A stretch of DNA of 64,000 nt from Octopus bimaculoides (lineage: Eukaryota). The stretch is from NCBI RefSeq assembly GCF_001194135.2, contig NC_068987.1, positions 90,170,451-90,234,450 of the forward strand, given 5' to 3'. The notes under the pieces were generated by a model. The model was not told where the DNA came from. It saw nothing but the letters and a program-made list of their open reading frames with translations, and ran no database searches. Position numbers and translations under genes: made by a program. How positions within the stretch are numbered: position 1 is the stretch's first letter; each line of letters begins with the position of its first letter. Below, in pieces: positions 38,996-53,350 of the stretch.

Positions 38996-40977
38996 GAATT
39001 GATGAGGATAAAATCATTGTTTTATCCACTGAATTGGGTTGGACAGAACTACAATGGTGTCAATGATGATGAAATGACAACTCTGCATCACAGTTGTGTT
39101 TTTGTATTAGTTTTCTTACAACTTAAGAAAAGTCGACAAATTAATGGTAAATATTTTGGAAGAATGAAAAACCAAGAACACAGTGAGCTTCCATATCTTA
39201 GAAAGCAGCAAGGACTATGTTTTATAGCAAGATTCCAACATATTTTCAGCTAACGTGAAGATGTGTTTGAAATATTTATCTAATTTTAGCTCTGAACCAG
39301 AAATAGATGACAGATGGCCAGAGTTTGATGTCATGCATCTTGCTCCAGTCTCTGTTCATTGCTATTTTTGATAGTTTAGCCTTTAGTTTTCAAATAAATT
39401 GCTAGTTTTAGAATCATCACGAAAAGCTCCAGCAAGCCACGCTCAGCCTTGCTTGCGTAAAGCTGAGTACAATACTGAGGTGTTGGTACTTGGTTAAATT
39501 ACCTCTGTTGTTAGTTGAGCCTCAATTTATATTGCTATGTTAACCATTGGTACAGGCATGGCTGTGTAGTTAAGAAGGTTGATTAGCAAATGCATTCAAT
39601 ATCACTGTGCAGTACGTTGAGCAAATGGCTTCTACTATGGCCTTGGGACAATCAATGCCTTGTGAATGAATTTAGTACACAGAAATCATGAGGAAGCCTG
39701 TTGACAATCAGTGTTGGTTTGTTTATGTCCTGGTAACTTAGAAATTTGACAAAAGAGAATGGTAGAATAAGAACCAGACATAAAAATAATGGGGTTGATT
39801 TGTTTGACTTAAGCTCTTGAAAGCAGTGCCCCAGCTTGGCCACAGTCCAATGACTCAAACAAGTAAAAGATTAAATCACCATTCTAGTTTTTTCTTATCA
39901 TTGGATATCCATTTTTTTTTAATGATGTCAGAATTAAAATCGGTAACAGTTTTTCAAACAAAAGAGAGACGAAACTAGTGGAGGTCCTTGGCAAAGTTTG
40001 AATCTATAAAAGCATCAAAGAAAGAACAATTGGGATTCTTTTGGATTAACAGGTTTGGAAAATATTCAAAGACATCTAATCTAACCAAACAAGAGACTTT
40101 CATTGGTTCAAATATATGGATAGCAAAGACTTGTGAGCAGCAGAGACTTATAGGTAATAAAGGCTATCAGAATCCCTACAGTTCTTTAATTTATTAACAT
40201 TGAGATTATTTCAACCACAATTTATTGATATAGAAGGAAGAACCAACCAGTTCTCCAGAGATAATTTTGAACCAGTGGCAGAGGTTGCTACATAATTGTT
40301 TGACTTACTAGAAATAGCAACCAATATCTCCTCAAATCATACTCTGCCCATTTTAAGGACATTTAAGATAATGGTCCTGGGTATAAGGTATGAAATAAAG
40401 CCAGAATAATCCTGAATGAAATATCTTTGATCATATGGCTGTATATTTAGATCTCACCCAGTGTTAAATAACAATGGAATCAATTTAACCAGAATATTGG
40501 GAGACAAATATTGCACTCACCCAATTCTTGTTAATAAACTATGTCACTGTTGAGTATTTGAAAGTGAACACAGAGTGAACTGCAGTTACATAAAGAAAGT
40601 CTACCTTGGTTCCACAACCAGCTAAGAACATTAGGCTGGCGAATGAGAAAACTGCAGATATTGAATTTTATAGCTAAGTCCAAGTGGGAAAATAACAAAG
40701 AAAATTAACTTCTGAAGTTGGAAAAATTAAATTTCACAGTGACAACAATTGTAAACGCTAAACAATTTCACAAAGAAAAAAAAAATTTAATGATTTGAGC
40801 TTCAATGAAACATTTTAGAATATTTAGTTATCATTCTTCCAATATTTATTTCTGTCTGTCATAAGAATCTCTTCAGAGACATTATGCTGATGAAATAAGA
40901 CAAGCTTCTATCTACAGCTATACTCAAACTATTCTGCAAACAGTTTAGTTGAGTCATGTGATACAAAGTTTACTTAC

Positions 40978-41095
40978 CAACCAATATGATTGGTGCATCT
41001 GGACAATGGTGTTTAATCTCTGGGTGCCATTTAGTTAGAACATTTTCATGTGAAGACGGGCTAACAACACTGAAGCATATCAAAAATACATCAGT
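40978..41095 (-). CDS. Mtl: Mtl-type Rac GTPase, coding exon 3
   Basis: Not in the ORF track. Acceptor poly-T ttccag|ACT; [39 protein letters not shown](G); donor G|gtaagt, phase 1. Confidence 0.95.
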
Positions 41096-43109
41096 CTGGA
41101 AAAAAAAAAAAAATAAAGAGGATATTCATGCTTTTACTCTCATTGGGTGGAAATATCATTTTTAATATTATCATATGAAAATATATACAGACAAAATTAC
41201 AAGTTGACAATTTAAATTGTTTACTTGTATGCATACAGATGTTTTTAGATATAATAGTAAAATGGTATATTTGGTTTTTGCATTTGGTTTGTAAGATTCT
41301 TGATGTGAACTTATATCAAAATATATTCAGTTGTATCTTGGGTGGGTCATTCTACCAATAATAAACACACACACACTGGTTCTGTTTTACTACTTTATTT
41401 TTATGTCAATTGGTTAATTGTGTAACCAACTAACTAATCGATTGTTTACCTAATCATTTTGTTGATCAATCAATCAATCAGTTATGTTTGTCCAAGTCCT
41501 TTCATTACCATCCACAACCTCTTCAATGAGGCCCTCTCTACTCCAGGCCAGCTTCAGGTCTGTATGTCTTAGTTTTGTTCTTAGCTTATATATAGCTAAA
41601 TGGATGTGAGTGGAAATGTGAGAGGGGAAGGAGAAAGAGATAATGTGCATATATATGTGTGCAAGTGCACAATGGTATGTGTGTGTGTGTGTGTGTGTGT
41701 GCATGCGTATGCACACATTTATGTATGGTATAGGATTTGTGAATGGAGTCAATGATAAAACATTCATTTCTTCATATTTTTATTATTCGCATGATGACCC
41801 TCCCAAGAACTGGTATAGATTTGTCTTCTAAGAACATTAAATAAAACTAATCCAAGGTAACCTTTATGCATTTAAAACATTTCTGAAACATTTCCTTTCT
41901 CTCATGAAGGGCTTTGCGCAAGTGGCAGAACTTTCAGCTTCCCATGGCATACAAACTTATCCAAATATTCTGAGTTTTTTTTCTATAAACAATTTCTTTT
42001 ACGATCAATACAATTTTGAACAAATCGCTATTCTCCAACTTTGTAAACTTGTGTCACTTAGCCATTTTGTTGGTGACATCATTAAAGGTTTTGCTTCCAT
42101 ATTGAATGAGAAAACACTATTTTCACCATAACCTTTATGTCTCTTCTTCAGATATGCAGTGCTTCATTTTCTAATAACAATGAGATTACACTTTCCATGG
42201 TACCTCCCTATCCACTCCAAAGTGGACTAACCCATTAAAATTCAAATATCTTTACAAAGGCTATAGTATCATGCTAAAACAGAGAGATAATCCAAGCTCA
42301 TTAATGACCCATCAGTAAGTGGATGGTACTATATCAATGTGACCAGTCACATCACATTTCAGCTTTGTAAACAGAGGCAAATAGTCATTAAAAGGTACAC
42401 ACATGCCTAACCCACACACACGTATGCATGAGGTGCATTGTCTAGCTCACACACACACACACACACACACATACACACACACACACACACACATACAAAT
42501 TAAAAAGCACATGTTTGTTTTATGTGTGTGTGTGTCTGCATACACGTGTCTGCATAATTACAATGCATTACAAGATTTTAACTTGTGACAAGTGAATTTT
42601 GAAGCCCATTCATTATAATTAAAGCAGTTTGATAGTTTTATGGTTGCAGTCGCACATTTCCATTGCCAGCAGACTCAATTACTTTAATTACAACAAACAA
42701 TGCCTTTAGCTGAACATTATTCAACAAAAGGTGCTTTGTTCCATTGAATGAAGGATATTAGGACAGGCACCACCGAGTGTAGATAAAAAGACAGCAACTG
42801 AGAATCTAAATGGTTTGTTTCTGATAATATGTGGTCAGGAGTTCAAGCTTTGGCTACAACCGTTGTATTCAATGTTGATCTCCAAGCATCTGCTATTAGC
42901 CAAATTGGTTCAGTCTGTGTTAGTGAAGAATAAATAGGTGCCATTGTTATGCCGCTGACCACTGCTATAATTGGCAGAAGGAAGAACAAGATACTACAAC
43001 CAGAAGAAATAGAATGGAAATAGTAAAAATCCTATTCATGGTTCCTTGAAAGAATACACCAAAAAACCCCATCACCACAAATACTATCACCATCAGCAGC
43101 AACAGACTC

Positions 43110-43445
43110 TTTTGCTCTCTGACTGACTCCCGTGTTGGAGGCACATAAAAAGCACCATTCGAGTGTGAGTGATGCCAGTGCTGCCTGACTGTCTCTCATG
43201 CCAGTGACACATAAAAAGCACCATTCGAGTGTGAGTGATGCCAGTGCTGCTTGACTGGCTCCCGTGCTGGTGGCACATAAAAAGCACCCACTGCACTCTC
43301 GGAGTGGTTAGAGATAGGAAGGGCATCCAGCTGTAAAAACCTTGCCAGATCAGATTGGAGCCTGGTGCAGCTTCCTGGCTCGCCAGTCCTCAGTCAAACC
43401 GTCCAACCCATGTTAGCATGGAAAGCAGATGTTAAACGATGATGA
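43110..43445 (+). mobile_element. RTE 3'-end repeat copy with three 66-bp tandem units
   Basis: cacataaaaagcacc recurs at 43142, 43208 and 43274 (period 66), followed by the same conserved tail and (GAT)n. Confidence 0.75.
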
Positions 43446-45090
43446 CTTTTAAATAAGTTGTAATTATGCTGGTCAAGAGGGGAGAGTGGGTCACTTATTT
43501 AAATAATTCTAAAATGTTTACTATTATTTATTAACAGAATTCTGGAGAGAGGAAACAGCTGGAATATACCAACCCCAAAACATGACAGATCCTCTTTTGT
43601 TCTTCGGAAAGATTTAAATTCACAGTGCAACAGGATGCAAACCTAGGTTCTGCTAGCTCTTTGGTCACTCACTCAGATAACCCAGCCAGTTCCCTGCTCC
43701 TTCTCTTTCCCACCTCCTACTACTAATTAAGATAATTAAGGTTTCAAATTTTGGCCAGTAATATTGAATGGATGGGCAAGGAGATTATGTCAACCCCAGT
43801 ACATGGCTGATACTCATTTTATCAACCCTGAAAGGATGAAAGGCAAAGCTGCCCTTAGCAGAATTTGAACTCAGAATGTCAAGAGCTGTTAGGAATGTTG
43901 ATAAGCATTTTGTCCGATTTGCTAATGATTAAGGCAACCCATTGTCTCTCATTTCACCACAAAACCAGCAATTTTGAGTTAACACTATCAACCCTAGTAT
44001 TTGACTGGTACCTTATTTTAATCAACCCCTGAAACAATGGAGAGCAGATGTGGTCTCAGTAGGATTTGAACTCACTAAGTAGAGAGTTAAAACAATTACA
44101 GCAAAGAATTTGGTCTGAAGCTGTATTGATTCTACCAGCAACAAAAAGAATCTTTTCTTTTCGATTAGGAACAAAAGGCAAACATCTCAAGAAGAATGCA
44201 ACGAAAGAAGTTGCGTTAATCATTCTTTTCTCAAGTGCATTAAAAACATAACTGGATCAGCATTTCATCTTAAAACTGCATCATCATCATCATTACCATC
44301 ATCATCAAATATCCTTCAGGTTAGTATTGACAGAATTGTTTATTGATGTAGCAGTTACACTTCAAGTCATTTACAGCTGAAATCTAGATCTTACAGGGAA
44401 ATGTACCATGTTGTAAAAAGAGAAAAAAAAGCATAGCTGAGACTGCAGATATCACTCATGGGCAGCATAAACACACACACACACACACACACACAGATTC
44501 TCAATACACTTGGGGAAAACACACACGTGCACACACACACACAACATGCAAAAAAAGCAGTTACAGTCATACAAAAAGTATTTTACACACACAGTCTACA
44601 TGCAAATAGTATCATACACAAACACACTAACAAAATGCAAAACATTTTGTACATTTATACACCCCCCCCAGTATTAAAGTACTACACACACACACACACA
44701 GTGTGTAAATACAAAATCTATTACACAGACAGTCAATACTATAAGTATTACACTCACACACACTGTATCATGATAGGAAACGTATTACATATACATGTAG
44801 AGAAAAATTAAAAAGGACCACACACACACACATCTCTACAGACTCCATAGTAAAAATAGTTTTGAGACTGAAGACACCCCGCACCTCCATCCATTCTACT
44901 CCAAGTGCCATGACACACCATTCCACACCTTTTTACTTCTTCCAAACTGATTCATACAGTTACAGACCATCATCACCAGTCTACTAACTCTGATGCCACC
45001 AATCCTTATTTACAATGAACTAAATATGTGTTAAACACACCTGCAGCATTGGAAAGAGTAGCAGGGAAAGGTGTGGCAACACACTCTGTG

Positions 45091-45127
<37 letters not shown>

Positions 45128-46562
45128 TCGGTAGATAGATGAGAGAGACATTGATGTACCGAGGAAGGAGTGTTTATTGGCAGAGAAATACAGGAAATGG
45201 CAGCCTTTTTAGAGCCATGGATTATATTATATAGTGAAGGATGTGTTGTGTGTGTGTGTGTGTCTGCACGCACATGTCTGTGTGTGTCTGTGTGTTTAAC
45301 AAACTACAGAACTGGGCTAATGATATTGCATCTGAATCATCTCACCATCAATAAGCAGTGTGTGTATGTGTGTGTGTGCGTGTGTGTGTATAAATACTAA
45401 GCTATTTGTTGTGGATAAGTCCTTTATTATTGGTTATTGATTACCTCATTTTTTTTCATACTGGTTTATGATGACACTGACAACAACCCGTTAGTATTTT
45501 CCTTGCCTACATAATTCAGATAAGAGACCCCAATAATCTACAGTAAAATACATGTCTGAATATCCTGATTAACATATTGTCCAAACGAGCTGATATAAAG
45601 AAGATAAAAAAAAACAATAAATTGTGCAAAACTGTTTTAAATTAACAAACTTAGTACCAAGTAACTAACGAGTCTTGATTGGTGGCAATCAAATCAGCTG
45701 AGTCACCTATTTTACACCACTATATATCTTAATAGTGTGTGTGTGTGTGTGTGTGTACATTTAGACATTTGGTCACATACATTATATATTAGTGACAATT
45801 ATAGTTTTCCTTTCTGGTAAAACATTGCAAACTGCTGTATATTTTAAATTTATATACATACATACATATATATATTATAATAAAGGGTAAAAATCATTAA
45901 TCATTTTACAAAGGGGTCAGTGTAAAAATAAAAACCTTACAGGTAAATTTTACAAATATTTTAATTATATACATAATTATAACAAGGAATTGGCTGTAAG
46001 CCTCTCCATGCACTAGAAAAAAATAGACGCCAAAAGACGCTATTACTATTTAAAAAAACTCTATAACAACTCATGTTTTATTTTTTTGAGTTTTTTAAGG
46101 TGATAATAGCATCTTTTGGCATCTATTTTTTTCTAGTGCATGGAGAGGCTTACAGCCAATCCTTTGTTATAATTATGTATATAATTATTAAGATATTTAT
46201 ATATATATATATATATGCACACATACGCGTGCACACACACACATACATACATAAGAATGGCTCTCATATGTAAAGTAGCATTTAAAAAGATTTTATAATA
46301 AAAGAATTTACAATATTTGTGATGGATGTATTTTCTTGAAGTTTTATCTATGTTAGTGATACTGTAAACATAACCCGTAGCTGAATGTTTCAGAACATAT
46401 GTTTTTATATATATTTTATAGGAGTATGTGCATGATCATAGTGTGTGTGTATGAGTGTGTGTATGTGTGTGAGAGAGAGGGAGAGATATACCCACACACA
46501 CATATATGCATACACACATATATATATATACATACATACACACATATATATACATACATATC

Positions 46563-46594
<32 letters not shown>

Positions 46595-48414
46595 TATATA
46601 TATATATACATACATCTATATACACACACACACACGCACACATATATATATCATCATCATTGTTTGACGTCTGCTTTCCATGCTGGCATGGGTTGGACGG
46701 TTTGACTGAAAACTGGTAAGCCATGTGGCTGCACCAGGTTCCAATCTGATTTGGCAAGGTTTCTATGGCTGGATGCCCTTCCTAATGTCAACCACTCCAA
46801 GAGCGTAGTAGGTGCTTTTTACGTGCCACTGGCATGGGTGCCAATGACCTGACACTGGCATCGCCCATGACTACAGTCTCACTTGGCTTGACAGGTCAAC
46901 CACAAACACAGTATATTGCCAAAGGTCTTGGTCACCTGTCGCTGCCTCCATGAGGCCCAATGCTCAAACAGTGTTTTTACGTGCCACAACTACGAAGGAT
47001 TTAGTCAAATGAGCCCAGTACTTATTTTTAGTTTGCAACTTAGCATCTCAGCAAAAGAGACTGACAGAATATGTAAGAGGGACATAAACAAACTAACACC
47101 AGATATAAAGTGTGTGTGTGGGGGGAAGGGGAAACAACACATATGACTCACTCCACTTTCTTTACACTACCAGCTACTGCTTCTTTCTCCATGGAACCTG
47201 CCATCCCTGATTCTCAAACTCCCTCCACTATTCTCAAAGATCATCTCCTTCCAATGCCTTCAGATGTCTCCCTCCCCTCTACCACACTCCATCTTATCAC
47301 CTCATTATACTTATCATTCTCAACACCCCCACCATCATACCCACCCACTACACACACCCTTATCTACCCACATATCTCCCTCACTGCTGCTCCTACACCT
47401 TACACATCCCCCACCCCCTATCTTATGATCTATCTATCCTCCTTCCTAAGCCTCTCCTCTTACCCACCCTCCACAGATATTTCCCACCAACTGCACCTCT
47501 GCCCTTTCTCATTATTCAAAACATCTACCTCTGCTCCCATGTCATTTCCCCTCATATGCTTATAAAACTGCTCACTCTCTCCTTCTCCTCTCTTATATTC
47601 ATCTGCCTTGAGACTTTGCTCTGACACTCCATCTTCATCTTCCCAGTAAATACTATCCACCCTTATAATGCAGGATGGTCAAGTGTCTCTTCTATAACAA
47701 GACACCACTTCTTGTCCCTCTCAGCACCTGGTATAAGGTCACCCCACCCCTTCCTATGACCCTCCTTCACTTAGTCTTACAAGCTTTTCTTTTTCTTGTC
47801 CTTTTCTGTCTTGTAACTTACTTGGCAACCCTATTAGTGTTGGTGGCACATAAAAAGCACCCAGTCCATTCAGTAAAATGGTTGGTGTCAGGAAGAGCAT
47901 CCAGCTGTAGAAACCAAACCAAAGCTGACAGTGAAGTTTGGTGCAGCCTTGTGGCATGCAAGATCTTGTCAAACTGCCCAATCCATGAATGCAAGGAAAA
48001 TGGACATTAAATGATAAATGATGTGCATGTGTACATGTGTGTGTGTGTGTGCATGTGTGTATATGAACTTCAGGTGAGTTCAAATATGTGATATATTTCA
48101 ACTTCTACTCACATCTGTTACCATGGAGAATTTTTTATATACAGTAATTGCAGTAAATTTGCCTTTAGAAGTTGAACTATATCACAAACATTTTAACTAA
48201 CCTAAAGTTCAATTATGCCTAAATACTGCTGAAATACACACACACACACACACACACACAAGAAGCTCCAACACAGATTTCATCTACCAACTTCACTTAC
48301 AAAGAATTGGTCTATAGTAAGAACTTTAGGAGAAGGGACCTGGAAGAGGCACTGAACAGTGGGACTGAACTCAAAACCATGTAACTGCAAAGTGAACTTC
48401 TTAATCATACAGCC

Positions 48415-48460
<46 letters not shown>

Positions 48461-49975
48461 NNNNNNNNNNNNNNNNNNNNNNNNNNNNNNNNNNNNNNNN
48501 NNNNNNNNNNNNNNNNNNNNNNNNNNNNNNNNNNNNNNNNNNNNNNNNNNNNNNNNNNNNNNNNNNNNNNNNNNNNNNNNNNNNNNNNNNNNNNNNNNNN
48601 NNNNNNNNNNNNNNNNNNNNNNNNNNNNNNNNNNNNNNNNNNNNNNNNNNNNNNNNNNNNNNNNNNNNNNNNNNNNNNNNNNNNNNNNNNNNNNNNNNNN
48701 NNNNNNNNNNNNNNNNNNNNNNNNNNNNNNNNNNNNNNNNNNNNNNNNNNNNNNNNNNNNNNNNNNNNNNNNNNNNNNNNNNNNNNNNNNNNNNNNNNNN
48801 NNNNNNNNNNNNNNNNNNNNNNNNNNNNNNNNNNNNNNNNNNNNGGGTGGAACCAAATATTTGTTAGTCTGAGAAGCACTGGATTAGGTTATTGGCAGGT
48901 GAAACTTCTTATATTTATGCAGAGATGAATTCCTATATTAATAGGTTAAATTGAAGAAAAAAAAAAAAAAAAAATTAGCTGACAGCAGCTTATCTCAGTT
49001 TTCTAAGCAGATGGATGCCTATCTATCACATGCTATCAGAAATTTCTGGCAAAGCCAAAGCCTGCAAATGTGAGCCAGAAAACTTATTTTAAATATTTAG
49101 TCATTCAATACCCCCACCTTGATAGGATTTGAACCTCAGATGCATAATTACCAAAACTTGTTGCAAATAGTTTATTGGTATCTATATTTTTATAAAATTT
49201 CCCAACACACACATACACTACATATATAAGGAGACAAATGGCCAAATAGTTAAGGTGTGGCACTTATTATGATTGCTAGATTGTAGGTTTCATTCCTGGA
49301 CTGAGCAGTGTGTTGTGTTCTTGAGCAAGACACTTCATTTCACATTGCTCCAGTCCACTCAGCTATGATGGACCAGCCTTTTGATCAGGGGCAATATTGG
49401 CCTGTTCATCTAACCAGCAGGGTGGCAGCATTCAAAAGCGAAAAGCAATGCAAAGTGCATTGTGACTAGTGATGTATAACAAAATCTGATAGGCTCATCA
49501 ATCACATGATCACATGATATTTTACTGAAGTTGAAAAGACTTCACAGATTTTACCCAGAGTTTCTTATTCAGGATGTGTTTTTTGGCAGAGAAAGAAAGG
49601 AACTGGTAGCTTTTTAGAGCCATGGATTACATTACATGGTAAAAAGATGTGGGTGCGTTTATGCATGCATGCACGTGTGTGTGTGTTTACATCTGCAGTC
49701 ATTTGTTTGAAGTGTAGCTGGCTGTGTTGTTGCTAATTTCTCTTACCAACAGGTCATTTGAGTGCTTTGTGTCTTCAAAACCAGGTGGAATAAGTAATTC
49801 CTCACTTAAAAAACAGGTAAAGGTTAGCAACAGGAAGAGTACCTTGGTTGTATAACAAAGAATATAATTGTCCAACCTATACAAGCATGGGAAGATGGAC
49901 ATGAAAGGTGTGCGTGTGTAAGTACATTGCGAGGAAAAGCTGCCTAAAATAAAGTGAAAATCATTTTAGTATTAC

Positions 49976-50090
49976 CTGTGGATAGGAAAGGGGTCGTAGG
50001 CGGTCGTAGTCCTCTTGACCTGCTGTATCCCAGAGGCCCAGGCTTACTGGTATCAGATCAACCATCATGTTGGCTGTGTAATTATCAAAT
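49976..50090 (-). CDS. Mtl: Mtl-type Rac GTPase, coding exon 2
   Basis: Acceptor aatttcag|A completes GT|A (Val); [38 protein letters not shown] (switch II); donor CAG|gtaata. Confidence 0.95.
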
Positions 50091-51413
50091 CTGAAATTGT
50101 AATTAAAAATTAAAATTACTAACGACTCATTTTCCAAACAACACATTCAAGAATTTTCAACTGGTTTTACAAAACACTGGATATAGGGTTAATGGTTAAT
50201 CAATTTAAGGACCTCGAGTTTTAATCTCATTGAAGTGTTTGATGGCTTAATTGGTTACAGCACTTAATTATTAGCCTCAGTTTACCTGGTTTTAAAAGTA
50301 TACGTTGCATCACCTGTAGCACAAAATTCATTAGTGACCTGTCCAGATCCAACTCCTTGCCTCCAATCCCAGCAGACCACCAGGGCCTGTCCTGTAGCAG
50401 AGCCTTCCGAGCATGCATTGGGCTGATTGGCCACAACCAGACACATTGTGCCTGTCTTCTCCATGCAATGTCCTTGGTCATTGTCAACAATGATGGACAG
50501 ACTAAGATAAAATACTTCATATTTTAAAAGCAGGGCCAAGAATTGGCTCTTTATGACTAACCTCAAACATTTTGGAGACATTTACATTTTACTTTACATT
50601 AAATCAAATTAGTTTTATAAAAGTTAATATACATATATGCAGAGCCAGAATACTTTATTTTCTAAAAGAAACAAGTAAAAAAATAATTTGTATGAAAGTA
50701 GCAGCTGACAATCAAAGAATCTGATTAGTAATTTCTAGAAAGCAACTCCTGTTGAATGAAACCCAAATGTTGCCACTCAACTTGACTTCTACATTTTCAT
50801 ATAAGGTATAAAAAAAGAAAAGAAAAAAAATTCAGTTCCATATCAACAATACTGTCTGTCTCATTTCATAAACATCGTATATGTTCTCCCAATCCTAGCT
50901 TTGAAAATAAAAATCAGAGCTTAAGGAAAGTAGAGAAGGCTTGCATCAGTAAAACAACTCATTTTGTAAGGTTCACAAATTTAAGTTTTATCTGTTGTTG
51001 GAAGACAAAAGAACCCTGCCAAACTGATTCTCTCCCTCTCTGCCAGTCTTTCTCCAGTTATAGGCCTTTAGTCTCTTTTGCCAAAATGCTAAGTTACAGG
51101 GATGTAAACACATGCAAACATATCTAGTGCTGACCTAACAAAAGGGGGCACACCTAAATAAGCATATGTGCTTACAAAGTTCTACCTACATGAATAAATT
51201 CCAGACAATAACAACTCCAAATTTAACCAATGGAGATTTCATCAAAACACCCCTCCCAACAACCAAATTACCCTAAAACCAAATTACCATTCCCTCAAAC
51301 GCACATACCAAAGGAAGATTTAACTCAACAGGGACTATATATAAAGCCAAGATTAAATTCAATGCATCACAATCCAATGATGGAGTAACTGGCCAAAACT
51401 TTGAAGTCACTGT

Positions 51414-51497
<84 letters not shown>

Positions 51498-52354
51498 AGA
51501 CTTCCATGTGGCTTCCATCTACCAAATTCATTCACAAAACATTGGTCAGTCCAGTGCTATAGTAAAAGACACTTGTGACACAGTGGAATTGAACCCCAAA
51601 ACCATGCAGTTACAAAGTGAGCTTCAAATCCACACAGCTGTGCCGCCTGTACATGATATCTGTGGACCAAAGGAAAGGATTTCCAAAACTTAGAATATTT
51701 CTTTAACAAATTCAACATCATTAATAAAAAAGTTGGCATGTGTAGATCAACAAAAGAATCCAAGAACTGCGACCTTTATTCAAAGTTCCTAGTTGGCTTG
51801 ATATTTTGGCCAGATTAGTGCAAACCAGACTCAAGGAAAAAAAAATCTCGCATGGCCAACACTTTTAATGCCACATCCAAATATATATATAAAACCCTTG
51901 AATTTCCTTTTTACCATTTCTTTTTGAAGAAACAAATTTTATCTATTTATTCATTTTTTATTTATTTATTGACATTTGAAAATATCTGAACTATTTTCAT
52001 GTTTAAAGACTTCCAATACTTTCGTGCTCTTTGAGATTAGGTTGTTGTTATCTATGCCTTCCATCTCTGACCGTGACTGACTCTGTACCTGCTTTAACCC
52101 ACAATTATTCACTGCCCTGAAATCAAGTCTCAAAAGAAGATGTTAGAATATCTCATGCATTAGTGAAGTAGGTTATCAACTTTGGTGGCGGTGGCGAGAC
52201 TTAATGACTCAAAATTTTAGTGACATGTTGAAAGAGCAGTATTACACACAGCTCAGCTACTTAGGAGAAGGCCCCTGTTATCTGATTTACTTCACACACA
52301 CACACACATCTATCCATTTATATGTCTACCTATATCTACCTATCTATCTATATA

Positions 52355-52392
<38 letters not shown>

Positions 52393-53019
52393 CACCACTC
52401 AATTGCTTGCTCTCATGAACCTGTCTTTCAAGTTCTTCAACTATTCCTTATGTCTGATATCTAAAAACAAGCAAGCATCATTTCTATGCTCCCTCTCTCA
52501 ACACACACACAAACACACACACACAAAGTCTCTGATGCTAAGTAAATAAACAAAGTTGAGGTGTAAAGTCTGTGTCTACCAGTAAGCTACCAACCATCAT
52601 TTTTTGCTCTTTATCAATGCAATTAGGAATAGGAAACACAGATTATCTATAAGGAGATTACAGTTTATCATCTGTTCATACCCCCCACCCCCACAATCAT
52701 CCACACTTCACCACCAAGCCCTATTTATTATTATGAAAAGTAAGCATGGAATAAGATTTCTCAAAAGAAAAAACATGGATTTTTTTTGAAGAATTATAGG
52801 TTTGAACTAAAGATGTGTGTGTGTGTGTGTGGATGGTGATGAGGGTATGAAAAGAAAGGGGTTTTGCAGTTGAAGTGTTGCTTGAAGATAAACTTAACAG
52901 ATAAAGTTGGGAACCCAATAGTGACAGTTGATGTTGAGGAGAGAGAGAGAGAGAGAGATTTTGATGGAGTTTTACAGATGCTCTTCTTATTTGGAATTAT
53001 CATTTTAATGTCCTCTTTT

Positions 53020-53173
53020 CCATTCTTGCATGGGTTCAACAGAGTTTGCTGAGGCAGATTTTTTACAGCTGGATGCCCTTCCTCTCACCAATCCTTATCT
53101 GCTTCCAAGCAACCAAGTATTTCCCACGGCTAGACATATTCTCATTTACAACAATTGTGTGATGTCAAAACAA

Positions 53174-53216
<43 letters not shown>

Positions 53217-53350
53217 GCTTCAACACAGTTTCTGTCTACCAAATCTGCTTACAAGTTATAGAAGACACTTGCCCAAGGTTCCATGCAGTAGGATTGAACC
53301 TAGAACCATGTGGCTGGGAAGCAAGCTTCTTACCACACAGCCACAGTTAC
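53020..53350 (-). mobile_element. tRNA-head SINE carrying the RTE-type 3' tail
   Basis: Same head as the abundant family, then (GT)n, a distinct body and tail ...cccatgcaagaatggaaaagaggacattaaaatga. Body/tail copies also at about 3480-3700, 34490-34830 (-) and 4820-5095, 21410-21640 (+). Confidence 0.65.

Noticed and set aside
43120-43290. Regular 66-bp repeats resembling a CRISPR array (also 1020-1260)
   Set aside because: Units are tandem with no unique spacers, sit inside an RTE 3' UTR, and there are no cas genes; the DNA is eukaryotic.
18393-48928. Long ORFs made of X residues (18393-19265, 27019-27640, 31961-32834, 36332-37199, 48280-48928)
   Set aside because: They stay open only because N gaps contain no stop codons.
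50227-50581. Overlapping - strand ORFs just upstream of Mtl exon 2
   Set aside because: No recognisable domain, and the Mtl frame is complete without them; possibly old repeat debris.
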